Shown here piece by piece: positions 37,830-48,459 of a stretch of DNA of 64,000 bases. A program made the translations under genes and the position numbers. Within the stretch, counting starts at the first letter, position 1. Every line of letters begins with the position of its first letter. Origin of the DNA: an uncultured virus (IMG/VR IMGVR_UViG_3300044634_004095) (lineage: Duplodnaviria > Heunggongvirae > Uroviricota > Caudoviricetes); IMG/VR virus record IMGVR_UViG_3300044634_004095; one strand, 5' to 3'. The notes beneath the pieces are model-generated. The model did no database searches, was not told the origin of the DNA, and saw only the letters and a program-made list of their open reading frames with translations.

Positions 37830-38189
37830 GTGGCCTCGAAAAAGACAACCCCTTCAGTAAAAAAGTCAACGACTTCAAAGAATGACGCAACGAGGAATTC
37901 AAAAGCAACACCAAATAAAACAACTGCAAAAAAAATAAACAAAACTATTGTTAAGAAAGCTGCTGCCAAGAAGGCTGCTCCAAAGAAAGCTGCTCCCAAG
38001 AAGAACCCATCCGTGAATTCGAAAGAACAGTCAAGCAGCGGTCTTGCCAATGGAACAAAAAAGGTTACGCCATTTCAAATGGCTAGTACTAAAACTACGA
38101 CAACACCGGTAATGCAACTTATTGCAAATGTTACAAAGACTGCAACTTCTATCTCTGTACATAGAGATATTCGCTCAGACAAGAGATAA
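37830..38189 (+). CDS. lysine/alanine-rich histone-like protein
   Basis: KKAAAKKAAPKKAAPKK repeats. Confidence 0.6.
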   Translation: MASKKTTPSVKKSTTSKNDATRNSKATPNKTTAKKINKTIVKKAAAKKAAPKKAAPKKNPSVNSKEQSSSGLANGTKKVTPFQMASTKTTTTPVMQLIANVTKTATSISVHRDIRSDKR

Positions 38190-38198
38190 GGTAAGGGC

Positions 38199-38456
38199 AT
38201 GATTACTAAAAACTTCACCGCAGCTGAAATTGAATTCAATGACTGGATCCGTATTGGTCTAGAGAAAGGCTGGTGCGGGCCCCCCGTTTGCTACACCCAC
38301 GACGCCTTGCCTACTTCGCAAGAGGAAGATGACGCGTGGAGCGAGGGAGACGACCCATGCATGCATATTATCCGTCTTTACGAAAACGAAGAGCACATGG
38401 AGCAAGTTAAGGAAAATCATTCGCCGAGCGTATGGCGCGATCGTTTCAAGGGATAG
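38199..38456 (+). CDS. hypothetical protein
   Basis: GWCGPPVCYTHD...DPCMH. Confidence 0.65.
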   Translation: MITKNFTAAEIEFNDWIRIGLEKGWCGPPVCYTHDALPTSQEEDDAWSEGDDPCMHIIRLYENEEHMEQVKENHSPSVWRDRFKG

Positions 38457-38459
38457 TTA

Positions 38460-38717
38460 GTGCCGCATTACACCGTTACCTGGACTCACAGTATTGAGTG
38501 CGAGAGTACCGAGCAAGCTGTGCACGCAGCGTTTAGAGAAATGCTGAAAGCAGGAGTGGGGAACGGCTTGAATAATAGTTTGATTGTTTCTGATGATCAA
38601 ACTGGCAACTCAGTTGAAATGACTATTCTTGATGGTGTTGTTAAAGTAGAGCCGATGTTGGTAGCGCAACTTCTTGGGTTCAGGCACATCATCTGGGCGG
38701 GTCAAGCAAGAAAGTAA
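38460..38717 (+). CDS. hypothetical protein
   Basis: Operonic spacing. Confidence 0.5.
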   Translation: MPHYTVTWTHSIECESTEQAVHAAFREMLKAGVGNGLNNSLIVSDDQTGNSVEMTILDGVVKVEPMLVAQLLGFRHIIWAGQARK

Positions 38718-38963
38718 CTACTTTTTCCTTGCTATCCATCTGTAGGGGGCAAGTACAACGCGTCCAATTTTCCATGTTCGCGACGCCTTGACTGCTTGCA
38801 ACTCTAGCCTTACTGCCCGCAGCTCTCGTTCGGCTTTTTCTTTTCTGTAGTTTGCTTCGTCGCGTTCTGCCCGCATCCCGATGAATTGATCAGCGCGACG
38901 CATTGCCTGAAGTTCTTCCTCGATTGCTGCTTCTGTTTTTTTTGGTGCGTTTTTTTTGCTCAT
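38718..38963 (-). CDS. coiled-coil protein
   Basis: ...SRTWKIGRVVLAP tail. Confidence 0.55.
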   Translation of the reverse strand: MSKKNAPKKTEAAIEEELQAMRRADQFIGMRAERDEANYRKEKAERELRAVRLELQAVKASRTWKIGRVVLAPYRWIARKK

Positions 38964-39301
38964 TGCCAAAATATAGTACATGGCAAAGGTTAAAGCAATG
39001 AGCTTAGATTTAGGGGTTGTCTATTCCCACATCTCGTAGTTGCTGATGTCAAATTCACGAAATCTTAAAGCTGCCAAGGTGACCGCGAAAGCAGCAAGTG
39101 GAGCGATGACAACGAACAATAAAACCTTTTTCATCTTTTACCACTGCAGCATTTTATGATCGCATGGCGCGCTGGGCGGATTGTTTTCAACTCTGATGCA
39201 GGGATGAGGCGTTTGACAACTTCCTCTTGCTCTGGAGTCTCTGGGGCTTGGTTCTCTTCGGTGTCTTCCATCTAACAATTGTGACATAAAGATCGTTAAT
39301 T

Positions 39302-39511
39302 TCAGAACAGCGGAGGCTGGTTCAGGTCTTCCCCGTTCAAGCCTTTACAGACGTCATGTCGGTAACGAAATTGCTCCTGCTCAATGGACGCCACGGTCTT
39401 ACCCTTCCCTCTAAGCCAAACAAGGGTCAATCGGCTGACCGTTGAATCAGAAGGCCGCACGGACAGGCCGCAAACATCACAGGAATACATAGGGGTAATT
39501 TCATTCATCAA
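39302..39511 (-). CDS. small zinc-binding protein
   Basis: CDVC...HDVC; GGAG SD. Confidence 0.5.
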   Translation of the reverse strand: MMNEITPMYSCDVCGLSVRPSDSTVSRLTLVWLRGKGKTVASIEQEQFRYRHDVCKGLNGEDLNQPPLF

Positions 39512-39785
39512 ACATCTCCTTGGAGCTATCTATCAATCGCCCGTAGGGCAATGTAGATGATACTCAGAACTATCACGATTATGTAGGTCATAATGAAATT
39601 ATCCTTTTCTTGTCACGTAGACAAGAATACGTCACTGGACCGACTAATCAGGGGTCTCCGAAGAGAAGTATTGATTCTGCGAAACTGCTAGGATTGGGTT
39701 CGAGGTCAGTTGGGCTGAAGTTTTTACTCTTTCAGCAGTTACTCATATTCTGTTGTTCGCTTTAAATAAAAGGTGGATATTTAAA

Positions 39786-41708
39786 ATGAAGTTATATTTT
39801 GAGAAGAATGAAGTCGTTTTTGATTTTCCATTTGAAAGATCCCAAGTCGACGAGCTCAAGTCCATTCCTGGAGCCAAATGGGACAAGGGGAACAAGGTCT
39901 GGCGACTGCCCGTAACGTCAATTCAAGCCGGGCGCGATTTTGCAATTAAGCATGGGTTCGACGTAACAATTGATGTTCTCAAGTTTGACGCTCCAAAGTT
40001 AGGGAAGACGTCTTCGGCTCGGGTAGTAATAGAAGACGACACAATCTTTATGTACTTCTCGTACGAGCGCGTGATAATAAAAGCTGTCAAACAAATACCC
40101 GCTGTCTCATGGGACTCCAAACGACACGGGTGGCAAGCTCCCCTGTCTTCTGCATCTAATGTGATTGAGTGGGCCGAAGCTTTCAATGTACCCATTGACG
40201 ACAAAGTCATCGCAGTCAGTGACGAGATACGTCAAAAAATGAATCAGTTAATCGAGGCCTCCAGATCAACGGACGCACTGATTGAGGTCGAAGCAATAAA
40301 CGGGGAAATGCTCCCGTACCAAAGGGCTGGGGTTATGTATGCATCAAACGCCCGCCGCACATTCATCGCCGACGAAATGGGGTTGGGAAAATCTCTGCAG
40401 GCAATTGCAACCATTGAGTACGTTCAAGATAGTTACCCAGTCGTTGTCGTGTGTCCCCCGAGCCTTGTTCTCAACTGGCAAGCAGAGTACACAAAATGGC
40501 TTCCCAATAGAAAAGTCTCAGTAGTTACTAACCGTAAAGATTTTCCAGAGTCTGGCTCATACGACGTAGTCGTGGTTGGTTACAGCAATATCCAGACATG
40601 GGAAAAGAAACTATCGAATCATCGCTCGTATGTCTTTGACGAATCCCACTACTGCAAGACACCCACGGCAGCCCGCACCAGGTCGGCAGTAAAGATTGCA
40701 AAGTCGGCACCCAAGGAAGGTCTAGTTCTTTGCTTGACCGGCACGCCGGTAACGAATCGCCCCAATGAGTATGCTTCCCAGTTGGAGATTCTCGGAAGAC
40801 TGAAAGAGTTCGGTGGGCTTTGGGGATTCTATCGTCGATACTGCGGCGCATTTCAAGACCAGTTCGGGCAATGGAACATAAGTGGGCACTCGCACCTTGA
40901 TGAGTTGAACGAAAGACTACGCTCAGCCTGTTACATCAGACGAACCAAAGATCAAGTGCTTACCGAACTCCCGCCCGTGATACATAGCAGGATAGTTGTC
41001 GCAGGAACATCAGCAGGCATGAAGGAGTACGCAAAGGCAGAGAAAGATATTCTGTTTTATATCGCTGAAAGAGCGCGAGAGCTTGCCATTAAAGAGGGAA
41101 AAGACTCTAGCTACAAGGCTGCGATGGCTGCGATGATTCGAGCGGAAGCAAATGAGCATTTAGTTCGACTTTCGGTTCTACGTCGTCTCGCAGCAAAGGC
41201 GAAGATGGAAGAAGTACTGGAGTGGGTGGCAACCCGTGTAGAAAATGGCAAGAAAGTCGTAGTCGCAGCGCACCACAGAGAGATAGTTGATGAAGTTGCT
41301 CGCCGTTACGGAGGAATAAAGATTCAAGGCGGGATGGCGGTAGAGGACGTTGAAGAAAACAAGAGAAAGTTTCAGGAACTCCCCGTAGAGGAAGTTCCAG
41401 TCATAGTGCTTTCCATGCAGGCTGCTAAGACTGGTCATACACTCACAGCGTCAGAAGAATGCTTATTCGTTGAACTCCCGTGGACGCCCGCTGACGTAGA
41501 TCAAACTTTCAGTAGATTGCACAGGTTAGGGCAAAAAGGCAGTGTCACTGCTACCTACATGCTTGCTGCTGGGACTATCGATGAGGACATCTATGAGCTC
41601 ATTGAACGTAAACGCACAATCGTTGATGCCGCAGTTGATGGCATAGAAGCCATAGACAACGAAGGCGCTGTTCAGCTTATTATGAACCTTCTCAGCAGAG
41701 CTAGCTGA
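39786..41708 (+). CDS. SNF2-family helicase, HARP/SMARCAL1-like
   Basis: Two N-terminal HARP-like repeats (IPGAKWD..W; IPAVSWD..W); ADEMGLGKS, DESH, LTGTP, SRLHRLGQ. Confidence 0.9.
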   Translation: MKLYFEKNEVVFDFPFERSQVDELKSIPGAKWDKGNKVWRLPVTSIQAGRDFAIKHGFDVTIDVLKFDAPKLGKTSSARVVIEDDTIFMYFSYERVIIKAVKQIPAVSWDSKRHGWQAPLSSASNVIEWAEAFNVPIDDKVIAVSDEIRQKMNQLIEASRSTDALIEVEAINGEMLPYQRAGVMYASNARRTFIADEMGLGKSLQAIATIEYVQDSYPVVVVCPPSLVLNWQAEYTKWLPNRKVSVVTNRKDFPESGSYDVVVVGYSNIQTWEKKLSNHRSYVFDESHYCKTPTAARTRSAVKIAKSAPKEGLVLCLTGTPVTNRPNEYASQLEILGRLKEFGGLWGFYRRYCGAFQDQFGQWNISGHSHLDELNERLRSACYIRRTKDQVLTELPPVIHSRIVVAGTSAGMKEYAKAEKDILFYIAERARELAIKEGKDSSYKAAMAAMIRAEANEHLVRLSVLRRLAAKAKMEEVLEWVATRVENGKKVVVAAHHREIVDEVARRYGGIKIQGGMAVEDVEENKRKFQELPVEEVPVIVLSMQAAKTGHTLTASEECLFVELPWTPADVDQTFSRLHRLGQKGSVTATYMLAAGTIDEDIYELIERKRTIVDAAVDGIEAIDNEGAVQLIMNLLSRAS

Positions 41709-42162
41709 CTTCCGGAATTTGAGACTCCGTACCGTTTTCAGTACCATTCCTGATTATCTCCTCAGCGATCAATCGTGCGTACTTGCGGCGTAGTCGCCAA
41801 ATCTTCTTGTTTAACTCGATCATCTCATCGCTTACGCGTGCCTTGATGATTGCTTTATCATCGAAAACCCCGTGTGTGTTAAACATTGCGTCCTGTATGT
41901 CTGCGTCTTCTATGATTATGTCCGATATCCAGCCCGCACGCTTGTCTATCGCGAGCATTAAGTCGCAAAGTCCCTCAATGCCAAATTCAGCATGGACTTT
42001 ATTCACGGCAAGTGAGCAAAAGTTCGTCCGGTAGAGCAACTGTGCTCGTTGGGATTGAGACATGAACTCGGACAGCCATACAGCGAGTTCTTCTCTCGAT
42101 GGGGTTGCATCCTCGTGCATGAACTCTTCTGAAAACTCGTCTTCGTTATCGGGTTGGTTCAT
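41701..42162 (-). CDS. hypothetical protein
   Basis: 153-aa ORF, GAGG SD. Confidence 0.6.
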   Translation of the reverse strand: MNQPDNEDEFSEEFMHEDATPSREELAVWLSEFMSQSQRAQLLYRTNFCSLAVNKVHAEFGIEGLCDLMLAIDKRAGWISDIIIEDADIQDAMFNTHGVFDDKAIIKARVSDEMIELNKKIWRLRRKYARLIAEEIIRNGTENGTESQIPEVS

Positions 42163-42215
42163 GTGCCCTCGATTTGCTAGTTGCTAATCAAAATAAATAA
42201 TAACAGTAGTTGGAT

Positions 42216-43241
42216 CTAAGCCCGTGACAACAGATAATCCTGCGCACGCAGCTTCGAACGGGTCACCCATGAATTCGAGTCCATAGACGCAATCGCACGT
42301 TCCTTCACTGTCGCATCACGATAATGATCTAGGTATTCTCCGATGGCATTTACCGTTGACCAAGCGTTGAACCCGTAGTTCTTGGCGTTGTTCTCGTTCA
42401 TGTACACAGCTTTGACAAGCGCAATGATGTTGTCTCTGTTCTTCTGCTGCCTATCCGTCTGCTTGATAGATAAAGGAAACACTTGATTGAGAACATCGTC
42501 CATGATTTTCGATGAAGGAGGAACGCTTATGGATAGAAGCTTGTTGGCTGTAGCAGTAAACTCCGTAGCCCATGTGCGTGAAATGCGCAAAACGTCATTC
42601 GCCTGCTCCATAGCCCGTTCTGCATTTCGTGTATGCCGCGCTGTGAACACGCGGTTAGCGGCAGAAACTCCAAGGACTACCGTGTTCTTACATACCGCCC
42701 GTATGCTCGTGTTGGCGAAGGTGATAGCGATCTTCCCGTCGTGCCCGTTACGGACGAGCAGGTATCTCGCAATCTCGTCGTTTACGCCCATAGGGTCAAT
42801 GACCAGCGGTCCTAGGTCGATGGATGAAAAGAACTCACGTCCTCCGTTGAGCACTCCACACGTGTCTACTACAGCATCGCCCGATGAGGCTCCGACGATA
42901 GCAAGTGCGTAGTCAAGGCATTCACGGTTCTGCTGGACAACGTATCGAGTCCCCACGGTAGCCAATCCATTGAACGTTCCGTCCGGATTGACTCGTACGG
43001 TCGCTCTGCTGTCTGGAATCATTACGTATTGACCGTCTGGGTTCCTGATCGGCTGTCCTTGATCGTCACACACCGCAACGCGAGTGGTGACAACGTCGAA
43101 ATCTGCCTGAGCTGCTGCGAGCATTGCTTCCGCTGTCTGCAAGCCCTCCATCGGCACCCCTAGGCGATGCCAAGGGATTTCCCTGTTGGAATAAGCCATT
43201 CTGGCTTGACCGTCTGATGCGAATTCTAACTGATGAGCCAT
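42216..43241 (-). CDS. DUF932 family phage/plasmid protein
   Basis: MAH...PWHRLG...YVVQQN...NGHDG...RAVCKNT...RHT. Confidence 0.85.
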   Translation of the reverse strand: MAHQLEFASDGQARMAYSNREIPWHRLGVPMEGLQTAEAMLAAAQADFDVVTTRVAVCDDQGQPIRNPDGQYVMIPDSRATVRVNPDGTFNGLATVGTRYVVQQNRECLDYALAIVGASSGDAVVDTCGVLNGGREFFSSIDLGPLVIDPMGVNDEIARYLLVRNGHDGKIAITFANTSIRAVCKNTVVLGVSAANRVFTARHTRNAERAMEQANDVLRISRTWATEFTATANKLLSISVPPSSKIMDDVLNQVFPLSIKQTDRQQKNRDNIIALVKAVYMNENNAKNYGFNAWSTVNAIGEYLDHYRDATVKERAIASMDSNSWVTRSKLRAQDYLLSRA

Positions 43242-43436
43242 TGCCTGTGTGTCTTCCTATGTAGTTAGATAAATCTATCTGAAGGAAGTGTACAAGGTGC
43301 CTAGCGTCGGAGAACGAAACAAACATGATGAAAGAGGCGATTACTATGCAGCAACCCGTAGACGTTGCGGCACAACGATATAAAGCCTCGGGTCTAGAAA
43401 GACAAAGACCTCGAATTTAGAAAAACGGCTCTACGT

Positions 43437-43736
43437 TTATTCCTTGACAGAGACGAGCCTCAGGCGAGGCGTTTGACCACTAGGGGTATTTCGTGGCTTC
43501 TTTACGTAAGTTGGGTGATCATGACGTGACTTTATTCGCGCCTCACAACGAGCGTTATACCACGCAACACAGAAGAGGGTGGCGAATACAGTTGCGGCGA
43601 GCGTCATGACGATCCCTACGTACAAGAGCGGTAGCGATTGGCTGTCAAAGGCGACCTTGATGTACAGCGACGACACAGGGGGTAGTAGCAGCACTAGTGC
43701 AGCACGTATCTTGCCAAATTTGATGTATGAGTTCAT
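43437..43736 (-). CDS. hypothetical membrane protein
   Basis: Two TM segments. Confidence 0.5.
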   Translation of the reverse strand: MNSYIKFGKIRAALVLLLPPVSSLYIKVAFDSQSLPLLYVGIVMTLAATVFATLFCVAWYNARCEARIKSRHDHPTYVKKPRNTPSGQTPRLRLVSVKE

Positions 43737-43866
43737 TATCTCTTCTTTCAGTAGGTTCCAGTATGTGGGCACATGATGTGCTCTTGTGCACAATACCCGT
43801 GGCACTTGGCAAAAGTCAAGCATTATTGAACAAGACACAAGAAAGAATCTAAGATATTGTCACGTT

Positions 43867-44142
43867 ATGGGAATAATCTACAAACAAGCAGCCGCAACAG
43901 ACGATAATACGAAAGCAGACATTAGTTCGCTTGGGCAGTATGCGAAGTGGTTTGTGCTACACAATCTTAGCTTTTCTCTCAGGAACGATGGCGGGACCTG
44001 GGTGTGCGAGGCGCTAGGTAGGCATGGGGATTTGCCATTCTCTGCACGAAGCAACAGGTGCGGATCTTCAGAGCAAGCAGTCTATGAGTGCTTCGTTTCT
44101 GCACGTAATACCTTACGTGGAGAGCCTTACATAATGGGTTGA
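43867..44142 (+). CDS. hypothetical protein
   Basis: ATG just after TATTGT -10. Confidence 0.4.
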   Translation: MGIIYKQAAATDDNTKADISSLGQYAKWFVLHNLSFSLRNDGGTWVCEALGRHGDLPFSARSNRCGSSEQAVYECFVSARNTLRGEPYIMG

Positions 44143-44456
44143 TCTGATCCATGTTCGCAGTGAGCAAACTCACAGCACGGCACGTCACCAACGTATGAAT
44201 GGTGTCCTTGACCAAAGTGCTCAGCAAGCATGGGGAAAGTGCGAAAGAACGTAACGATGCAGTCGTGGCACATGATCCATTCGGCGCTGATCCGCTTCTC
44301 GAACAGTATGTCGAGTTGATCGCTGAATCCTCCATAGTAGCCAAAGGACTCAAAGGGGAGTATCCAACCGTGGTCGGGGTAAATGCGCTGGGCAGTGCAT
44401 GGATGTGATTGACCACAAGCAGAGCATCTAGCGTATCTGTCTTGGTTGATTGCCAT
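44127..44456 (-). CDS. Cys/His-rich zinc-binding protein
   Basis: CSAC...GYYGGFSD...MCHDC...CC. Confidence 0.6.
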   Translation of the reverse strand: MAINQDRYARCSACGQSHPCTAQRIYPDHGWILPFESFGYYGGFSDQLDILFEKRISAEWIMCHDCIVTFFRTFPMLAEHFGQGHHSYVGDVPCCEFAHCEHGSDQPIM

Positions 44457-44551
44457 GCCTGTAGTCTCTCATCAATACCCGTGGCGCCTGCGCAACTTGG
44501 GAGGGGAAATGCGAAGGGCGTATCACAGGTGATACAGGGGTAGGCAGGGGG

Positions 44552-44899
44552 CTAGAGCCTGACGCCTGCTGACGTGGATCGGATGAACGATGAATATGCA
44601 TACCGCCTACGTCGCCTACGTTCTTCGTCTGTCACGTTCGCAAAGACATAGCCAAGCATTGACTCAGCCTCTAGCATCAGTTCGTCGAGGCTGAACTCAG
44701 CACCCGTGGCGGTCTGCGGCGTTACGTTGTGCCGCTTGCAGGCGGCGATCACAAGATGCGAGAACAGTGCTGATATGTGCTGATACTCCATCGCCTCCTC
44801 TGGAACGAGGCGACGCTTCTGCGTGGTGCGTATACGTATGGACTTACGTATCAGTCGCGTGCATACATAGAAACCTCTGAAGCGGTTGAGGTTGCTCAT
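44552..44899 (-). CDS. hypothetical protein
   Basis: Start uncertain. Confidence 0.4.
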   Translation of the reverse strand: MSNLNRFRGFYVCTRLIRKSIRIRTTQKRRLVPEEAMEYQHISALFSHLVIAACKRHNVTPQTATGAEFSLDELMLEAESMLGYVFANVTDEERRRRRRYAYSSFIRSTSAGVRL

Positions 44900-44986
44900 A
44901 TATTCTTGCCTGCCTTTGCCTTGTGTCGTTTGTCTGTGTATACATAGTACGCACAGTGCGATTGCCCCTGCACTCACTGTGTCCGT

Positions 44987-45016
44987 ACCCGCACCCGCAC
45001 CCGCACCCGCACCCGC
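44987..45016. repeat. (ACCCGC)5 tandem repeat
   Basis: Five perfect hexamers. Confidence 0.9.
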
Positions 45017-45627
45017 GAGGGGTGAACGCTCCTGCTGTGGGCGATACTCTGTTGAGATGAGCAAGAACGGCTCCAACCAATGCAGGTCTTCGCCTGAGCA
45101 GGTCGTAGGGCGATTCTAGGGGCGTATGGCGGAAGCCTTGCTCGCTCTCAAGAGGGGCGTGACGTGTGTAATCAAATGACTACGCACTAACTCAATCAGG
45201 CTGGTCAGGCATCGGCTCGGACTCTCGTCCTGAGCCTACGGCTTTTGCCTTTTGGCACTGCGTGACTTTCGCCGTGAAATCCTAGACTTTCACTCACTGC
45301 CCCACAGAGGGTGCCCCCCTCTGTATCTGCCGTAGTTTGTGGGTTTACGTGCAGGTCCCTGCATGGGGAGAGCCCCGCACGCTTTCTTGCGAACGCTCCA
45401 GCGCCGGGGGGTCAATGCAGCAGAAAATTGAGGTCGATTCATTTGTATAAATTTATCCAAACATGTTCTGATTTGCAACCCACATGACGTGTTATTGTTC
45501 GTTTCTCAGCTATTTATTTCCTCCTAGTGGGTAGCTGACGCATGCATGCAAGGATAAGGCCCTGTAGTTGCTCTGGGGGCAGAGAACTATGGGGTCTTTC
45601 CTTTTGTTTTTGTGGTATAAATAATCT

Positions 45628-46023
45628 ATGACTGATCCACAAATTGACAACGAATATGGGGATTACCCTATCTTTATCTCATCTCTTAACAGCCTATGGG
45701 CGCATAATACCGACCCAGATCTGAAGTATGGCGATTTTTATCTTGCTGAATTAGAAAGACAACATCCGGAAGCGGCGCAGCTAGTTAAAGACTCTCCATT
45801 TGAAGTAGTTGGAAAAAATAGCTTTCCCAAAAACGTTCATGATCTTGTTGGAGGTTATTTTGGACGCAAATATTATTTCGAAAGCGGAGAGTTTGCCACT
45901 CACGGATTGAAAACATCATGGCGGAAAAATCCTTATCAAGGGCTACCTAGCGAAAAAATAAGGATGGGCCCTTCAGAGTATGATCCAGATCCATCTACTT
46001 TCAAAAATAGGAATACAAATTAA
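45628..46023 (+). CDS. hypothetical protein, leaderless
   Basis: TGGTATAAAT just upstream. Confidence 0.6.
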   Translation: MTDPQIDNEYGDYPIFISSLNSLWAHNTDPDLKYGDFYLAELERQHPEAAQLVKDSPFEVVGKNSFPKNVHDLVGGYFGRKYYFESGEFATHGLKTSWRKNPYQGLPSEKIRMGPSEYDPDPSTFKNRNTN

Positions 46024-46025
46024 AG

Positions 46026-46352
46026 ATGCCTTTATTCAAAGATTGGGAGTATGCCAATTACGAGGATTTTATTGCCGATGTAAGAAAAGCATATGAAGAA
46101 GAAAAAACAAAGCCAATATTTGGTGATCTATGGCTAGAGATGATGATTAAACACTGCCCATCGGTCGGAGAACGCATGAGAGGGACTGAATTAGACCCTT
46201 CAGGCATGGATGAAATTCCTGTTTACATTACTAGAGCAGCAAATACATATTTTAATATGTTCTATGGTCCAGGCTGGTACAACCAGGGAGATCCAAATAT
46301 ATATCCCGGTAGTGGATATCAGTATTTCCTAGATGAATTGAACTCTGACTAA
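46026..46352 (+). CDS. hypothetical protein (resembles 45628-46023)
   Basis: FGDLWLEMMIKHCP versus YGDFYLAELERQHP. Confidence 0.6.
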   Translation: MPLFKDWEYANYEDFIADVRKAYEEEKTKPIFGDLWLEMMIKHCPSVGERMRGTELDPSGMDEIPVYITRAANTYFNMFYGPGWYNQGDPNIYPGSGYQYFLDELNSD

Positions 46353-46523
46353 AATCAATGCAGGTATCCGTAACAGGACTTATTATATTGCAGCCGTTTT
46401 GCCTTCAGTAATATATACATGAACTAGCTCTTGTTCGGATAAATTTATCTAAACCAAAAGAGTGAGTGAAAAAAAAATTGCGGAGGTTTTTAACTCTCCT
46501 TACAGGATACGGGCGGGCGGGCC

Positions 46524-46757
46524 CTACATATCTGCTTTGATATCGGGGTCGTACTTCCATGTGAAGATATACTCATTACTTTCCTGGACCGGCCATGGCA
46601 GGCTTTTGCGGGCGTGGAAGTTGATTCCTCGATCAATGAAGTTTGTAAAAGTGTACTTTTTTACATCCTCTGGCCAATCTCCGAAAAAAGTGACGGCGAT
46701 TGTCCTTGTGTCTGGAGAGACATAAATTTCATAGTATCTGTCTGGTGTTATCATCAT
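46524..46757 (-). CDS. hypothetical protein
   Basis: AGGAG SD. Confidence 0.55.
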   Translation of the reverse strand: MMITPDRYYEIYVSPDTRTIAVTFFGDWPEDVKKYTFTNFIDRGINFHARKSLPWPVQESNEYIFTWKYDPDIKADM

Positions 46758-46996
46758 TTCTCCTGTTTAGTAGGTTTCGGTATCTGGGGCTAAAGGGTGA
46801 GGGAACTTCTTAGTAAGACCGTAAAGCAATTCGCCTTCCTCGGTCACTCCCTTAACTTCTATCAGACCTGCAAGAATGAGTGCTTCGAGGTCCCTGCTGA
46901 GGTCGGCTTTGGTGTATTCGTCGTTATGTTCCATGGACTAATCATAAGCGGAAAGAAAACGATTGTCAACAGTTTATGTTCTTTTATTTAGATTTA

Positions 46997-48457
46997 TTAA
47001 GATCCAATGATTAGGGGAATGTTCGGATTGTTTGTTTTCCAGCATTCTGCATCTTCCATGTCATTCAAAAGAGGTTGATTTTTTATATTTAAACTAGTGT
47101 TTATGAGCACGGGAATTCCGGTTAAATTTTTCCACTTAGTCAAAACGGCGTGAAGGCCGGGATGTTGATCCTTGGATACCGTTTGAACTCTGCTTGTGCC
47201 GTCTACGTGCACTGCACCGGGTATTAAATTTGGTTTCTTGGCGCGTACGGCAAGCTGCATATATGGACTCATGGCGGGAAGATCAAACCATTCATTTGCG
47301 TCTTCTTCGAGGACCACTGGAGCGAATGGCCTAAATTTCTCCCTCATTTTTATCAAATTAACATTGTCGCGTGACGCTACGGAACGAGGGTCCGCAAGGA
47401 GGCTCCTATTTCCTAGCGCCCTGGGTCCAAATTCGGCTCTGCCGTTCATTACTCCTACGACGCCAGTGTTAATTAACTCTTTTATTACTTTTTCTACAGG
47501 GTAATGCCCCCCAATATTTTTACCTAAATACGGACCGCGCCATTCCACATGTTTTGCGTAGACTGAAAGCGCAGCTCCCAGACTTGAACCTGAATCTCCA
47601 GGGTTGGGCATTATCCATACCTTTTCAAATATGTTGTAGAGAATCGGATTTGCTGCACAATTTAATGCACAGCCGCCCATGTAAACAAGATTTTTAGATT
47701 TGGTTAACCTCTGAGCAAAATTCATAATTTCACCGAGACGTTTCTCGAATACAGCCTGAGCTGCTGCGGCGATATCAAAAATATCGTTTTCGTCTCGTAT
47801 TGATCGTTCGGATAAAAGCTTTTTATGAAAACTCATTGTCTGAACATTGTGGGCCGGAAAAAATGCATCAAGGTTACCCTCGTATTTTGTTTTGTCCCCA
47901 TAGGCGGCCATTGCCATGAGAATGTATTCGTCGCGCCCTGGTTCTAGTCCAACGTAGTCGGTTATGAAACTATAAAAAAGACCAAATGATGTCGGGTATC
48001 TGAGACTCCAGATTTTTTTTATTTTGCCGTTTTGGCACGACCATATGCTGGCAGTCTCGAATTCCCCAATCGCATCGATCACAACCGTGACGGCTTCATT
48101 AAAAGGCGAAGTAAGGAACCCAGCGCTTGCGTGGCTCCTGTGGTGACTTACCTGAATCTCTTTTATGCCTTGAAGTTCTTTGCCAAAAATTTTGTTTTTA
48201 TATAGATTCGCAGCGTACTTTCCATTTTTTCCACCATGAAGAAACATGCGTAGTCTTTTTTTATTACGCTTCTCAAAGTAAGCAATTTTATCAGGAACTC
48301 CAAATTCCAAAGCTTCATCCAATATTTGTTTATTCAAAGAAAAATCATTTTTAATTTTACTGTAACGCTCGGCGTGCGCTGCAAATAGAATTTTGCCATT
48401 TTTTATCACGGACACAGATGCATCATGCGATGAGTCGTTGATTCCGAGAATATGCAT
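46997..48457 (-). CDS. carbamoyltransferase (NodU/CmcH/TobZ family)
   Basis: ILGIN..HDAS, HHRSHA, DAIGE, GGCALNC, EFGPRALGNRS, FRPFAP, HVDGTSRVQTV, NTSLN. Confidence 0.93.
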   Translation of the reverse strand: MHILGINDSSHDASVSVIKNGKILFAAHAERYSKIKNDFSLNKQILDEALEFGVPDKIAYFEKRNKKRLRMFLHGGKNGKYAANLYKNKIFGKELQGIKEIQVSHHRSHASAGFLTSPFNEAVTVVIDAIGEFETASIWSCQNGKIKKIWSLRYPTSFGLFYSFITDYVGLEPGRDEYILMAMAAYGDKTKYEGNLDAFFPAHNVQTMSFHKKLLSERSIRDENDIFDIAAAAQAVFEKRLGEIMNFAQRLTKSKNLVYMGGCALNCAANPILYNIFEKVWIMPNPGDSGSSLGAALSVYAKHVEWRGPYLGKNIGGHYPVEKVIKELINTGVVGVMNGRAEFGPRALGNRSLLADPRSVASRDNVNLIKMREKFRPFAPVVLEEDANEWFDLPAMSPYMQLAVRAKKPNLIPGAVHVDGTSRVQTVSKDQHPGLHAVLTKWKNLTGIPVLINTSLNIKNQPLLNDMEDAECWKTNNPNIPLIIGS

Positions 48458-48459
48458 AG

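Noticed and set aside
45371..45410. A fifteenth dyad D copy
   Set aside because: AGCCCCG is present but there is no CGGGGCT arm at 16-18 nt and no box A or B nearby.
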